Under the pieces are notes generated by a model. That model made no database searches and was not told the DNA's origin. It was given only the letters and a program-made list of their open reading frames with translations. A stretch of 64,000 bases of DNA, from the NCBI GenBank assembly GCA_965223845.1, contig CBDCXR010000004.1, forward strand, positions 7,008,001 through 7,072,000. Reading direction: 5' to 3'. Shown here one piece after another: positions 48,248-58,525 of the stretch. The translations under genes and the position numbers were made by a program. How positions within the stretch are numbered: position 1 is the stretch's first letter; each line of letters begins with the position of its first letter. Source of the DNA: Planctomycetota bacterium (GTDB lineage Bacteria; Planctomycetota; UBA8108; SXIK01).

Positions 48248-48868
48248 CTATTCCGTTTCGGTCGAATCCCGTTCGCGCGCTGCCTCCGCGAGGTCGGCGA
48301 TGCGCCGAGCGGCCCGATCGACCACATCGTTCACGACGACGTGGTCGAAGCGGCTCTGCGCCGCGACCTCCCTCTCGGCGGCGGCGAGCCGGATGCGCAG
48401 CTGCTCCTCCGTCTCCGTGCCGCGGTCTGCGAGGCGAGCACGGAGCTCGCTCTCGCTGGGGGCGACGAGAAACACCGTGAGCGTGTCCCCGTCGAATCCG
48501 CCGCTCGCGACCGCGTCGCGGACCTGATCCGCACCCTGAACGTCGATCGCGAGGAGGACGGTTTTCCCGGCGCGGACGCGGCGCTCCACTTCCTCGCGCA
48601 GAGTCCCGTAGCGGTGGTCGTGAACGGTCGCATGCTCGAGGAATGCGTCACCCGCGAGGTTCGCTTCGAACTCGTCCGGACTCAAGAAATGGTAGTCGAC
48701 GCCGTCGGCCTCTCCCGGCCGGGGTGATCGCGTCGTGCACGTGACGACGCGATCGAACCCGTCGAGCTCGAGAAGCCGCGCGCAGACCGTCGTCTTCCCC
48801 GCCCCCGACGGACCGGAGAGGACCACGAGGAGGCCCCGTTCGCCGTCGCTACCGTTCGACTCGTTCAC
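48248..48868 (-). CDS. gmk: Guanylate kinase
   Basis: LSGPSGAGKTT, TTRSPRPGEADGVDYHF, YGT, IDVQG. Confidence 0.96.
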   Translation of the reverse strand: MNESNGSDGERGLLVVLSGPSGAGKTTVCARLLELDGFDRVVTCTTRSPRPGEADGVDYHFLSPDEFEANLAGDAFLEHATVHDHRYGTLREEVERRVRAGKTVLLAIDVQGADQVRDAVASGGFDGDTLTVFLVAPSESELRARLADRGTETEEQLRIRLAAAEREVAAQSRFDHVVVNDVVDRAARRIADLAEAARERDSTETE

Positions 48869-48871
48869 CGC

Positions 48872-49762
48872 TCACTCCACGTTGAGCACTTGCTCCTTGA
48901 GACGATCGACCTCGGCCTTGAGCTCGACAACGTGACGACTGACGTCGCCGCCGAGTGACTTCGCACCCATGGTGTTCGATTCGCGAAACATCTCCTGGAC
49001 GACGAACTCGAGGCGGCGCCCGACGGGATTCGCCCCGGCGAGCAGATCGCGAAACTGCTCGAGGTGGCTCGACATGCGCGTCAGCTCCTCGGCGATGTCC
49101 GAGCGTTCGGCGACGATCGCCACCTCGCGCACGAGATCCGCGTCCGAGACGCTCACGTCGGCGTCCGCGAGGAGCTGCTGAACGCGCTCACGCAGACGCT
49201 TCGCGTGCGCGGCGAGCATCGCGGGGACTTCCTTTCGGATGACGTCGAGCAACTTCTCGAGCGCTTCGCATCGCTCCGCGAGGTCCCGGCCGAGGAAGGT
49301 TCCTTCGCGTTTCCGCATCGCGACGAGCTGCTCGAGCGCCATCTCCGTCGCCTTCGCGACGTGCGGGAGGATCTCGTCGCGCCCCACGCGTATCGTTTCG
49401 TCCGCCTGGACCACGCCGGGTAGCGTCAGGCAGTCCTTCGGGCTCGGGAGGTCGTCCTCCGCCGTGCCGAGTTCCCTCGCCGCCGCGTTCAGCTCGTCGA
49501 AGTACTTCTTGAGCACCGCCTTGTTCACCCCGTAGAGATCGGCGATCTTCGCCGGCTCTACGGTCACGTCGTACGAAACCGATCCGCGAACGAGCCGTTT
49601 TCGCACCATCTCGTCGACGTCGGGCTGGAGAAACGAGACTTCGTCTCCCAGTCGCGCCGCGATCTTGAGGAACTTGCTATTGACGCTCCGGATCTCGATC
49701 GTGATCAGGAACGCATCCGTTTCGACGACACCCCTGCCGTACCCCGTCATGCTTGTCAGCAT
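48872..49762 (-). CDS. yicC: YicC/YloC family endoribonuclease
   Basis: SMTGYG, IRSVN, DIAEELTR, GRRLEF…EMFRESNTMGAK…EQVLNVE. Confidence 0.94.
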   Translation of the reverse strand: MLTSMTGYGRGVVETDAFLITIEIRSVNSKFLKIAARLGDEVSFLQPDVDEMVRKRLVRGSVSYDVTVEPAKIADLYGVNKAVLKKYFDELNAAARELGTAEDDLPSPKDCLTLPGVVQADETIRVGRDEILPHVAKATEMALEQLVAMRKREGTFLGRDLAERCEALEKLLDVIRKEVPAMLAAHAKRLRERVQQLLADADVSVSDADLVREVAIVAERSDIAEELTRMSSHLEQFRDLLAGANPVGRRLEFVVQEMFRESNTMGAKSLGGDVSRHVVELKAEVDRLKEQVLNVE

Positions 49763-49891
49763 GGCAGTGGCCCTCGAATGCTCTACACTTGCCCCGCCTT
49801 CGCCCTCGAAAGCGGATTTGCCCAATCCGATTTGTGTCGAGCTGCGAGCTCGATCCTTTCGCGGACGCGGCAACCGAGTGAACTGTCGAAA

Positions 49892-49924
49892 CTCGCGATC
49901 GATGCAGCCCAAATCGATCGCGAG
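49892..49924. terminator. Intergenic 12-bp inverted repeat, possible secG terminator or processing hairpin
   Basis: ctcgcgatcgat-gcagcccaa-atcgatcgcgag; only a short U tract follows on the minus strand. Confidence 0.4.
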
Positions 49925-50022
49925 CACTCCGTTACGCGGTAATGGATTGTGGGTAGGCGCGGCTGACGAGGACCAGCCCCTGGGGACGATTCGACGTTCA
50001 CCCCGAACCGCGCGTTCGTCAT

Positions 50023-50667
50023 TCAGTTCGATTCGTTGGGGCTCGGCGGCGTCGAGCCCGCCGCGCCGTCACTCGGGGGATCCGCCTCGCCGGGAGCGGC
50101 TGGGGCGGGCGTCGAGGAAGTCTCGGGAGCCGGCTCGGTCGTCGGAGCCGGAGCGGCATCGCCGTCGCCCGAAGTATCCGTCGGGTCGGCGATGGTCGGG
50201 CTCGCGGCGGAGTCGGCGGGGGCTCCCGGGTCAGAATCGGTGGGATTTGCCGGGGCAACATCGGTGGGAATCGCCGGCTCGGCCCCACCGGGAAACGCCG
50301 AGCCCGGATCGATCGCCGGCTTGTCGGCCTCGCTCGCTCCGGGCGCGGCGCCTGACTCGACCGCCGTCGTGTCTTCATCCGACTCCGCCGCCGATCGGGA
50401 TCGACCCATGTTCTCCATCGCACCCATCGCGTACACGCAGACCGTAAAGACGATCGCGAGGATGGCGGTGATCTTCGCGAGCCCGCGCTGCATTCCGGCG
50501 CCGAACACGTTCGACCCGCCCCCTCCGAACGCGCCGCCGAGTCCGCCGTCCTTCGATTCCTGAACGAGAATGATCGCGATCAGAAGAAGTCCGACGAACA
50601 TCACGACGACCGAGAGAAGGCCCCAGAGGATGTCGACGAAGGACACGGCCAAGAACGTACTGAACAT
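50023..50667 (-). CDS. secG: Preprotein translocase SecG with long acidic Pro/Ala-rich tail
   Basis: IILVQESKDGGLGGAFGGG…KITAILAIVF; located downstream of tpiA. Confidence 0.9.
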   Translation of the reverse strand: MFSTFLAVSFVDILWGLLSVVVMFVGLLLIAIILVQESKDGGLGGAFGGGGSNVFGAGMQRGLAKITAILAIVFTVCVYAMGAMENMGRSRSAAESDEDTTAVESGAAPGASEADKPAIDPGSAFPGGAEPAIPTDVAPANPTDSDPGAPADSAASPTIADPTDTSGDGDAAPAPTTEPAPETSSTPAPAAPGEADPPSDGAAGSTPPSPNESN

Positions 50668-50874
50668 CGCGAGAGAGTCTCCGGCTGACAGAAGTCGCTG
50701 CGCCCGTGGTCGGCGACCACTCGGGAAACCCGATTATCGGTCCGAGGCGGTCCGGGCGGCGACAAAAATGGTGGGGGAGTCGGCTTGAGGGGGTGGATTT
50801 CGCGCCGAGCCCGATTCGGCTTTCGGCCGAAGTCCGTTCTCAGCAGGTGCCTCGGGGGTCAAGAAACGGTCGAT

Positions 50875-51666
50875 CTAACGAGCGGCCTCGCAAATCTTCA
50901 CGAACGACTCGGCGGTGAGGCTGGCGCCCCCGACGAGGAGTCCGTCAATATCATCTTCGGCCAAAAGCGCGCCGGCGTTCTCCGGTTTGACGCTCCCGCC
51001 GTAGAGAATCGGCGTCCGTTCCGCGCCGCCGCTCCCGCCGGCGGCCGCGAAGCGGTCGGCGAGCTCGGCGCGAATCGCGCGGTGGACCTCCTGCCCTTGG
51101 TCGGGAGTCGCGGTCTCGCCTGTCCCGATCGCCCAGACCGGCTCGTACGCGATCGTGACCCGCGCGAGAGCGTCCGCGGTGGCCACCGGCTCGAGGCCCG
51201 CGCGAAGTTGACGCGAAACTACCGCCATCGTCTCGCCGGCGCTTCGCTCCGCGAGTTTTTCGCCGACGCAGAGGACGGGCTCGAGTCCGGCGGCGATGGC
51301 CCGCGCGACCTTGCGCCCCGTCTCTTCGTCGCTCTCTCCGAACACGTGACGCCGCTCGGAGTGGCCGATGAGAACCGCGGTCGCGCCGGCGCCGGTGATC
51401 ATCGCAGCGCTGATCGCGCCGGTGTAGGCACCCGCCTCCTCCCAGTGGAGGTCCTGCGCTCCGACGAGCACCGCTGAGCTCGCGCACGTCTCGACGACGG
51501 CTGCGAGCGCGACGTAGTTCGGAAACAACCCGACGCGCAGCCCTGCTTCCGGCGAAAGCTCGAGAGCGCCCGCGATGTCCGCCGCGAGCGTGCGAGCCTC
51601 CGACGGAGTCTTGTGCATCTTCCAGTTTCCGGCGATGAAAGGCCGGCGAGCGGTCGAGTTGCTCAT
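50875..51666 (-). CDS. tpiA: Triosephosphate isomerase
   Basis: AGNWKMHK, IGHSERR, AYEPVWAIGTG, YGGSVK, LVGGASL. Confidence 0.97.
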   Translation of the reverse strand: MSNSTARRPFIAGNWKMHKTPSEARTLAADIAGALELSPEAGLRVGLFPNYVALAAVVETCASSAVLVGAQDLHWEEAGAYTGAISAAMITGAGATAVLIGHSERRHVFGESDEETGRKVARAIAAGLEPVLCVGEKLAERSAGETMAVVSRQLRAGLEPVATADALARVTIAYEPVWAIGTGETATPDQGQEVHRAIRAELADRFAAAGGSGGAERTPILYGGSVKPENAGALLAEDDIDGLLVGGASLTAESFVKICEAAR

Positions 51667-51900
51667 GGTGGAAATCCCCGATGAGACGTTGAGCGCGAAG
51701 CGGGCGCCGCCGCGCGAGACAGAACGGACGACTCTACCGAGGGGCGTCGGGGTCGTCAACCGCTCGCGACGATCCGGCCCTCCGGTCCGCGACCGATCGT
51801 GTTCGACCCGACCGCGCCGCGAGAGCCGGTCCTTCTTTTGGAGCGTTCGGGTAGCATCGAGCGCGATGTCCTAGCCAACTGCCCCCGTCTTTTCCCGCTC

Positions 51901-52668
51901 ATGAAATTCCTCGCGATCGAGACCTCCAGTCGCCGTGGGAGCGTCGCGCTCTTTTCGGATCGAACCCTCGTCCGCGAGGACGTCTTCGAAGACGGACTCA
52001 GCTACGGGAGAGATCTCCCGCGTCAGGTCGAGGGCATGCTCGCCGCCGCCGGGCTCGCACTGGCGGATCTCGACGCGATCGCAGTGAGCGCCGGGCCCGG
52101 CTCCTACACGGGTACCCGGGTCGGGGTGACGACCGCGAAGACGCTCGGATTCGCTCTCGAGCGCCCGGTTGTCGCCGTCGACTCGCTCCGCGTCCTAGCG
52201 GCCGCGTTCGCCGACCCGTCGCCGACGGCACCGCTTCTCGTCGCGACCGTTCTCGATGGACGGCAGACGTTTCTCTACGGGGCGCTTCACGCGGTCGAAC
52301 CGGGCGGGGCGACGCAGGACGAGCCGCGCATCACCGAGAGACTGGCGACCCGCGTCGGGGACGCCGCGGAGGTCAGCGCGCGCATCGTCGCGAGTGCCGG
52401 CACCGACGCCCGAGCGCGGCTCGTCGTCGGCGACGGTACGAAGAAGTTCTTCGCCGCCGCGGAGGACGTAGCGGGATTTACGCCGGGGCCGCCGGAGGGC
52501 GACGTACCCTCTGCTCGCCATCTCGGACGGCTCGCGTTCGACGAGATCGAAGCCGCGCGCTGGGATCCCGAGCGGGTCCACGCGCTCGAGCCGCGCTATT
52601 TGCGCCCCACGGAGGCTGAGCGTAAGCTCTCTCTGCGTGAGTCCTCCGGCTCCGCCGCTGAGGAGTAG
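51901..52668 (+). CDS. tsaB: t6A biosynthesis protein TsaB
   Basis: LAIETS, GPGSYTGTRVG, LEPRYLR. Confidence 0.93.
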   Translation: MKFLAIETSSRRGSVALFSDRTLVREDVFEDGLSYGRDLPRQVEGMLAAAGLALADLDAIAVSAGPGSYTGTRVGVTTAKTLGFALERPVVAVDSLRVLAAAFADPSPTAPLLVATVLDGRQTFLYGALHAVEPGGATQDEPRITERLATRVGDAAEVSARIVASAGTDARARLVVGDGTKKFFAAAEDVAGFTPGPPEGDVPSARHLGRLAFDEIEAARWDPERVHALEPRYLRPTEAERKLSLRESSGSAAEE

Positions 52669-52697
52669 AGACCGATCGCAGAGGGGGACGAATCGTG

Positions 52698-55600
52698 ATG
52701 GACACCGTCTCGCCGTTCGATCTAGAGGTGAGGCGTCGCCGAGGACGCTGTCGACGCCGACGGTCACGAGTCGCCTGGCGCCGCGCCGCGCTTTGGATCG
52801 CCTTCGTGCTCGTCTTGGGGGTCGGCGGGAACGTTTACTACGCACTCCGTCCGGGGTACGTCGATGGCCGCGTCCGATCCGCGATCGAAGACGCCCTGGG
52901 GCTCTCGGTGTCGTACGAATCGGTCGGGTGGAGCTTCGACGGCGGCGTCGAGGTTAGCGCGCTGGCGCTCCACGAACGAGGTGCGCAGAGCACGGGACTG
53001 CTCGAGGTCGAGACGGTTCGCGTCGTTCCGCGCCTCCTCCCACTAGCTGCCGGTCGATTCAGCGTCGCCGAGGTCGTGCTCGTCCGACCGGTCGTCTACG
53101 TCGAGCGCGCGTCCGATGGACGGTGGAATCTCGCCGCGCTCGGCGGCCGCTCGTCGGCGGGCGACGGCGAGGTCGCGGCCTTTCCCTCCGTCCGCATCGA
53201 AGCGGGCCGCGTTCGCTACCGGGACGAGCACTCCTTCGAGGAGCCCGTCGCGGACGAGCTCGACGATGTCTACGCCGTCGTCCGTCAGGACGAGCCCGAT
53301 TCCGCCACCCTGCGCGCCCGGTTCCGCGCGCCCGGCATCCGCCGCGTGGAGGTCGAAGGTACGGTCGAGCTCGCCGGCGGCGTGCTCACCGAAGCGCGCT
53401 GGCAGGTGCGTGCGGCGAAGGTGGATCTCGGAGTTCCGTTTCGCAAGTGGCTCCCGGAGTCCGCTCGCCGCGCGCTCGCGGAGCTCAAGCTGAGCGGGGC
53501 CGCCGACGTTCGCGGCGAGTTTCTCTACACCGACGAGGGCGGGGTGCGTCCTCTCCGCGCGACGGCACGCATCCGACGCTGCGACGTCAAGCACCCGCTC
53601 CTTCCGTTTCCCGTGCGCGGTCTCGGCGGCACGGCATCGATCCGAGGCGGCTTGATCGAGCTCCGCGATCTTCGCGGTCTCTGCGGCAGCGGGCAGATCG
53701 CCGCGAGTGCGTCGATCGAGGTGAGCGTACCGGAGTGGCGGCTCCTTCGGTGGAACGCGGACATCTCGTCGGTAGGGCTCTCGATCGACGGGCGGACGCG
53801 TGCGGTCCTGCCCGAAGGCGTTCAGCGCGTCTACGACCTCTACCATCCGCGGGGAATCGTCGACGCGACCGTGACCGTTGCCGACATCGCGCACTTCCCG
53901 CCCGCGCTCGCGGATCTGCGGGCGGTCGTTCAGCTTCGCGACGTCAACGCCGTCTACGCGAAGTTCCCCTACCCCGTCGAGAAGGTCCGCGGCGAAGTGC
54001 GACTCGAGAACGGCTGGATTCGAATCCCGCGCCCCCTCGTCGGGCGAGCCGGCCCGGCGAGGGTCGAAGCGATGGGTGCCGGTGCGGAGCTCACTCGAAA
54101 CGGGGCGATGGAGATCACCGTCAAGGCGTACGATGTTCCGTTCGACGAACGCTTTCGCGCGAGCCTGCCCGCGTCGTTTCATAGGATCTGGGACGATTTT
54201 CGCGCCCGTGGACGGGGCGACGCCGTGGTCGAGATCCGCCGCGAGGCCGAGCCGGACGCCGCCGGCGAATCGGCACCGGGGGAAGAGCCGCTGCCGCCGA
54301 GAGCTCCTCGAGTTCTCGTCACGGCCTATCCGCGCTCCTCGAGCATCGTCTACCGGGGGTTTCCGTACTCGATCGGCGACCTCACGGGCGAGATCCGCTA
54401 CGACACCGGTGCGAAGCTCCTCTCGTTCGTCGACCTCAAGGGCCGGCACGACGAGTACGTCATCACCGGGAACGGTGCCGTCGAGCTCAGCGGAGAGAAG
54501 CTCTTCAATCTCGAGCTTCACACCGATCGCATGCGCGTCGACGACGACTTGCGTGCTGCCATGTCCCCGGCCACGCGCACGCTTCTCGAGGACTTTCGCG
54601 TCGAAGCGGACGTCGCGATCGACGTCGCGATTCAGACGGCGAGCGACCGATCCCTCACGGTGACGACCGAGGTCGAGATCCTCTCCGCGTCGATGCGTCA
54701 CCAGCGGTTTCCGTACGACCTCGAGTTCTCCGGCGGCCGGCTCGAGATCGTCGGCGATCACACCCTGCGATTCCGCGACGTGCGGACGCCGGAGCGGTCC
54801 TCGCCGAAGCTCCGGTTCGGCGGAGAGATGACGACGGCGGGAACGCGGCGCACCCTCGGCTTCTCGGTCGACATCGAGAGATTCCGCTTCGACGATCGGC
54901 TCGTCGATGCGCTCCCCGCGCAGCTCGTCAATTTCGTCCGCGGCATGAAGCTCGGCGGGATCTACCGCGGGAAGATTCGGGGCAACTTCGAGTTCGACCA
55001 GCGCGATCCCGACTACGTCCGGATCAGCTACAGCGGCGAAGATATCGTCGCCGAGGACGCCGAGGCGAGCTTCGGGCTCAAGGTTCGCAACATCGGCGCA
55101 ACGGGGGCCTTCGTGGGGAAGAAGGAACCCGGTCGGCCGCACTCCCTCGTCGGACGCGTCGACGTCGCGAGCGCCTGGTTCAACCGCATCCACCTCACCG
55201 ATCTCGGGATTCACTTCGTGCTCGGCCGCGAGCACGAGCTGATCGCCGCCGCGCGGCGTGGAGAAGCCCAAGCCTACGAGCCCCCGCTGGCGTTTCTCGA
55301 GCGACTCCGTCCGGACGCGGTCGACGAGACCTATCAGGCGTACCTCACGTCGAAGAACGTGTACGGCGGAGACCTCGACGGATTCATCTACGTCGGAGTC
55401 GGCGATCGAAACGACATCGCCGGACATTTCGTCGCGAAGGACCTCGAGGTTGCAAAGGCCGCGCAAGACGTGTTTGGGGCCGAGGGCGCAGGCACGCGCG
55501 GCCTCGCTAGCGGTCACGTTGCATTCCGAGGCCGAAGCGGGGACGTGAACTCGATTCGGGGCAAAGGCCGCGGCACGATCCGCGAGGCCCGGCTCGTTCA

Positions 55601-56108
55601 GCTCCCCCTCTTTCTCGGCCTCATCGGTGTCCTTTTCGGCGACACCTCTGGCGGCCACTTTTTCCGGAGTGTCGACCTCAGCTACGACATTCGCGACGGC
55701 AAGTTCGACGCGGGGAGCGATGGCATCCACATCAATAGCGCCGGGATCAAGCTGCGCGGCGGCGGGACGATGGATTTCACCGGCAACCTCGATCTCACGC
55801 TCTTGCCGCGTCTCCTCAACGTCGAGATCATCGGCGTCGAGCAGCTCTTCAAGCTCATCAAGCACGGCACGGCGAAACTCTCCGTCACCGGTGACCTCGG
55901 CCGGCCGAAGGTCGATTTCGTCACGGGGCTCGGTGCCGTGCGGATCGGAATCGACACCTCGGGATCGGGAAAGAAGGGAAGCGTTCCCTTGCCGAGTGAT
56001 TTACGCGGCGGTGAAGAATCGGGTGGGGACGACGAGGGGGCGGACGACACGGGCAGCGAAGGCGAGACGAGCGACGAGCCGCCGGCGCCGCAGTCTCCCT
56101 CGCCTTGA
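52698..56108 (+). CDS. AsmA-like/TamB-like envelope-spanning protein
   Basis: N-terminal TM, 'VVYVERASDGRWNL' AsmA N-motif, repeated FPY-beta units, AsmA_2-like C-terminus (LRGGGTMDFTGNLDL…VTGDLGRP). Confidence 0.75.
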   Translation: MDTVSPFDLEVRRRRGRCRRRRSRVAWRRAALWIAFVLVLGVGGNVYYALRPGYVDGRVRSAIEDALGLSVSYESVGWSFDGGVEVSALALHERGAQSTGLLEVETVRVVPRLLPLAAGRFSVAEVVLVRPVVYVERASDGRWNLAALGGRSSAGDGEVAAFPSVRIEAGRVRYRDEHSFEEPVADELDDVYAVVRQDEPDSATLRARFRAPGIRRVEVEGTVELAGGVLTEARWQVRAAKVDLGVPFRKWLPESARRALAELKLSGAADVRGEFLYTDEGGVRPLRATARIRRCDVKHPLLPFPVRGLGGTASIRGGLIELRDLRGLCGSGQIAASASIEVSVPEWRLLRWNADISSVGLSIDGRTRAVLPEGVQRVYDLYHPRGIVDATVTVADIAHFPPALADLRAVVQLRDVNAVYAKFPYPVEKVRGEVRLENGWIRIPRPLVGRAGPARVEAMGAGAELTRNGAMEITVKAYDVPFDERFRASLPASFHRIWDDFRARGRGDAVVEIRREAEPDAAGESAPGEEPLPPRAPRVLVTAYPRSSSIVYRGFPYSIGDLTGEIRYDTGAKLLSFVDLKGRHDEYVITGNGAVELSGEKLFNLELHTDRMRVDDDLRAAMSPATRTLLEDFRVEADVAIDVAIQTASDRSLTVTTEVEILSASMRHQRFPYDLEFSGGRLEIVGDHTLRFRDVRTPERSSPKLRFGGEMTTAGTRRTLGFSVDIERFRFDDRLVDALPAQLVNFVRGMKLGGIYRGKIRGNFEFDQRDPDYVRISYSGEDIVAEDAEASFGLKVRNIGATGAFVGKKEPGRPHSLVGRVDVASAWFNRIHLTDLGIHFVLGREHELIAAARRGEAQAYEPPLAFLERLRPDAVDETYQAYLTSKNVYGGDLDGFIYVGVGDRNDIAGHFVAKDLEVAKAAQDVFGAEGAGTRGLASGHVAFRGRSGDVNSIRGKGRGTIREARLVQLPLFLGLIGVLFGDTSGGHFFRSVDLSYDIRDGKFDAGSDGIHINSAGIKLRGGGTMDFTGNLDLTLLPRLLNVEIIGVEQLFKLIKHGTAKLSVTGDLGRPKVDFVTGLGAVRIGIDTSGSGKKGSVPLPSDLRGGEESGGDDEGADDTGSEGETSDEPPAPQSPSP

Positions 56109-56181
56109 TCCGATCCGTTTTCGCCCGAGCGGACTTCAGGTCTCTGCGGCCGCGGCGGCGGCGCGCCGCGAGCTCCGAGGC

Positions 56182-57288
56182 TTAGGAACGGCGCGTTCCC
56201 GCCGAGCCCGTCGCCTTTCCTGCTGTGAGCGCGGCGCGCACTTTGAGGGCGAGCGACGAGACGGCCACCGCCGAGCCGAGCTCCGAGAGCCGCGCCCAGC
56301 GGAGCTCGGGGCGGCGGCGCGTCTCGAACCGACCCGCGGCGTCGACGACGTGCGAGTGAAGCGTGATGCGGCGGTACGTGATGCTGTGCCGGATCGGCGG
56401 AAGCGTCGCGGCGAGCGCGACCCGGGTGTCGAGAGACGCATCGAGCGCTTCGAGGAGTGCGTCGACGCCGTTCCCGACGACGAACGGAAACATCCAGATT
56501 CCTTCGAGGAATCCGCGCCCGGACGTTCGCTCGAGAAGATAGCGCGCGCCGCGGCGGAGGATCGCGCAGTGGAGAATGACCGGTACGGGCGCTTCGCGCG
56601 CGGTGGTTTCCGGAAAGACCTCAGTCGCGTCGAGCGCGTGCGCGCGACAGTACGAGCGAACCGGGCAGCTCGCGCAATCCGGCGCGCGCGGTGTACACGT
56701 CGTCGCGCCGAGTTCCATGAGGGCCTGGTTGAAGTCGCCGCACGACGCGCGCGGGAGGAGGTCCGCCGCGATCGCTCGCAGACGCTTTGCGAGAGCCCCG
56801 CGCTTCGGATCTCCGGGGAGTGCGTGGAGTCGAGTGAGAACGCGCTCGACGTTGCCGTCGACCACGGGGACGCGTTTCCCGTAGGCGATGCTGAGAATGG
56901 CGCCGGCGGTGTACGGACCGACTCCCGGAACGTCGAGCGCGTCCGCGAACTCGCGCGGGAACTCACCGCTCCAGCGGTCGCGTACGAACTTCGCTCCCGC
57001 GAGGAGAGAGCGCGCGCGACGGTAGTACCCGAGCCCAGACCAGAGCGTGAGCACGTCATCCTCCGGCGCTCGCGCGAGGGCGTCGACCGTCGGGAATCGC
57101 TCGAGGAATCGTTCGAAGTAGGGGATGACGACGTCGACGCGCGTCTGCTGGAGCATGATCTCCGACACCCACACCCGGTACGGGGTCGGTCGCCGTCGCC
57201 ACGGGAGGTCACGGCGACGCGCGGCGTACCAGCGAAGGAGCTCGGAACTGAAGCGAGCCGGTGAGATCTTGCTCGAACGGGAGACCAT
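56182..57288 (-). CDS. mutY: A/G-specific adenine glycosylase
   Basis: RDLPWR, WVSEIMLQQT, WSGLGYY, PGVGPYTA, VDGNV, and the 4Fe-4S motif CTPRAPDCASCPVRSYC. Confidence 0.96.
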   Translation of the reverse strand: MVSRSSKISPARFSSELLRWYAARRRDLPWRRRPTPYRVWVSEIMLQQTRVDVVIPYFERFLERFPTVDALARAPEDDVLTLWSGLGYYRRARSLLAGAKFVRDRWSGEFPREFADALDVPGVGPYTAGAILSIAYGKRVPVVDGNVERVLTRLHALPGDPKRGALAKRLRAIAADLLPRASCGDFNQALMELGATTCTPRAPDCASCPVRSYCRAHALDATEVFPETTAREAPVPVILHCAILRRGARYLLERTSGRGFLEGIWMFPFVVGNGVDALLEALDASLDTRVALAATLPPIRHSITYRRITLHSHVVDAAGRFETRRRPELRWARLSELGSAVAVSSLALKVRAALTAGKATGSAGTRRS

Positions 57289-57313
57289 CGCGAACGAATC
57301 CTTCGAGGCATGG

Positions 57314-57343
57314 GGTATACTACCGCGCTCTCCTCGCCGTCAA
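57314..57343 (-). promoter_or_regulatory. Candidate divergent sigma70 promoter region (mutY and the VOC gene)
   Basis: Minus-strand TTGACG-N18-TATACC; an overlapping plus-strand TATACT at 57316-57321. Confidence 0.35.
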
Positions 57344-57390
57344 CGGGGCGCTCTCCCCGTTCTCTTTTTGCGCGGTGCTCTCGCTTCGAC

Positions 57391-58284
57391 ATGACTCGCG
57401 CCTGCGATTTCTTCACGGACGCTGTTCAAGCGTTTCGAAAGTCCGACGTCCCGGCAGCGACGACGCTTCTCCGTCAAGGCTTCTTCGCCAACCTCTACGT
57501 CGCTCCGCTCCTCCAGGGTGAGGAGTTTTATCCACAGGAGATTTGGTATCCGGGCGCGGAAGCGGAGCCGCGCGCGGCGCGGGAGTACGTCGGACGCTAC
57601 GCGCGGCTGTGGGAGCAGAATCCGGCGGCGATCGAGTTCCTGCGCGTGATCTGGAACGACCCCCTCGTGCGCGCCGAGCTGCGCAGCTTTCTCAGCGTCT
57701 CGAAGAATCTTCTTCACGCGACGAGCCAGGCGCAGCACCGGGACTTTCTCGCCGAGCGCGAACGTTTCCTCAATCCCGAGCGCATCAAGCGCACGCAGCA
57801 GGAGATTCTCGATCGACTCGACCGACTCGGCATCCAGGTGCCGCTTCCGCCGGCCCGGATGCGGCTCATCGCGCTCGCGTCGCGCGATCCCGCGCGCTCG
57901 CTGGAGTTCTATCGCGACCTTCTCGGAGTCGAGCCGAGATCGGTTCATGAAGTCGGCGGCGGCTACGTCGAGTTCGAGTTCGACGGCGTTCACCTGGCGA
58001 TCCACGGCTACGATCGCGTCGGCCGCGGCGATCCGTACGGACTCGGACCACCGCCGGAGTCCCTCGGCTGGGGCGCCGTGTTCGTGATCGGTGTGTCTGA
58101 CGTCGAGAGGTACTACGAGAGTGCGCGTGAGAAGGGGATCGCGATCGTCGACAGCTCGTTTGACGTGCCGCCCGACGGCGGGGCGGACGAGGTGAACGGT
58201 CGCTTTTTCGTCGTCCGCGATCCGTCGGGCTACCTCATCGAGATCACCGAAGACGACGCGAGCGGCTTTGCTTCCGGACGCTGA
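57391..58284 (+). CDS. Helical N-domain fused to a VOC/glyoxalase domain
   Basis: C-terminal half IALASRDPARSLEFYRDLLG…VSDVE…RFFVVRDPSGYLIEI; N-terminal half GFFANLYVAPLLQGE of unknown family. Confidence 0.8.
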   Translation: MTRACDFFTDAVQAFRKSDVPAATTLLRQGFFANLYVAPLLQGEEFYPQEIWYPGAEAEPRAAREYVGRYARLWEQNPAAIEFLRVIWNDPLVRAELRSFLSVSKNLLHATSQAQHRDFLAERERFLNPERIKRTQQEILDRLDRLGIQVPLPPARMRLIALASRDPARSLEFYRDLLGVEPRSVHEVGGGYVEFEFDGVHLAIHGYDRVGRGDPYGLGPPPESLGWGAVFVIGVSDVERYYESAREKGIAIVDSSFDVPPDGGADEVNGRFFVVRDPSGYLIEITEDDASGFASGR

Positions 58285-58525
58285 ATCGGCGGCGGGTGTC
58301 GGCTCCCCGGCGACCGCCCGGATCGGGAAGAATCTGGTCCTCAAGCCGGGAACACTCTCGTTAGAATAACTGCGTAGAGTAGACTCGAGGCAGAGATGGA
58401 GAACGCAGCCGCCGCGACCGAGCACGTCTAGTCGATGTGCTCGATGCGTGTAGCCGAGCACGCGTTCGAATCCGATTCGCCCTCCAAGGCTTTGGTCGAT
58501 CAGAATCTCCCGGAGCTCCAGCGTC

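Noticed and set aside
50765-50825. TGGTGGGGGAG… resembling the reverse complement of a tRNA 3' end between tpiA and secG
   Set aside because: No TTCGA T-loop at the right distance and no cloverleaf.
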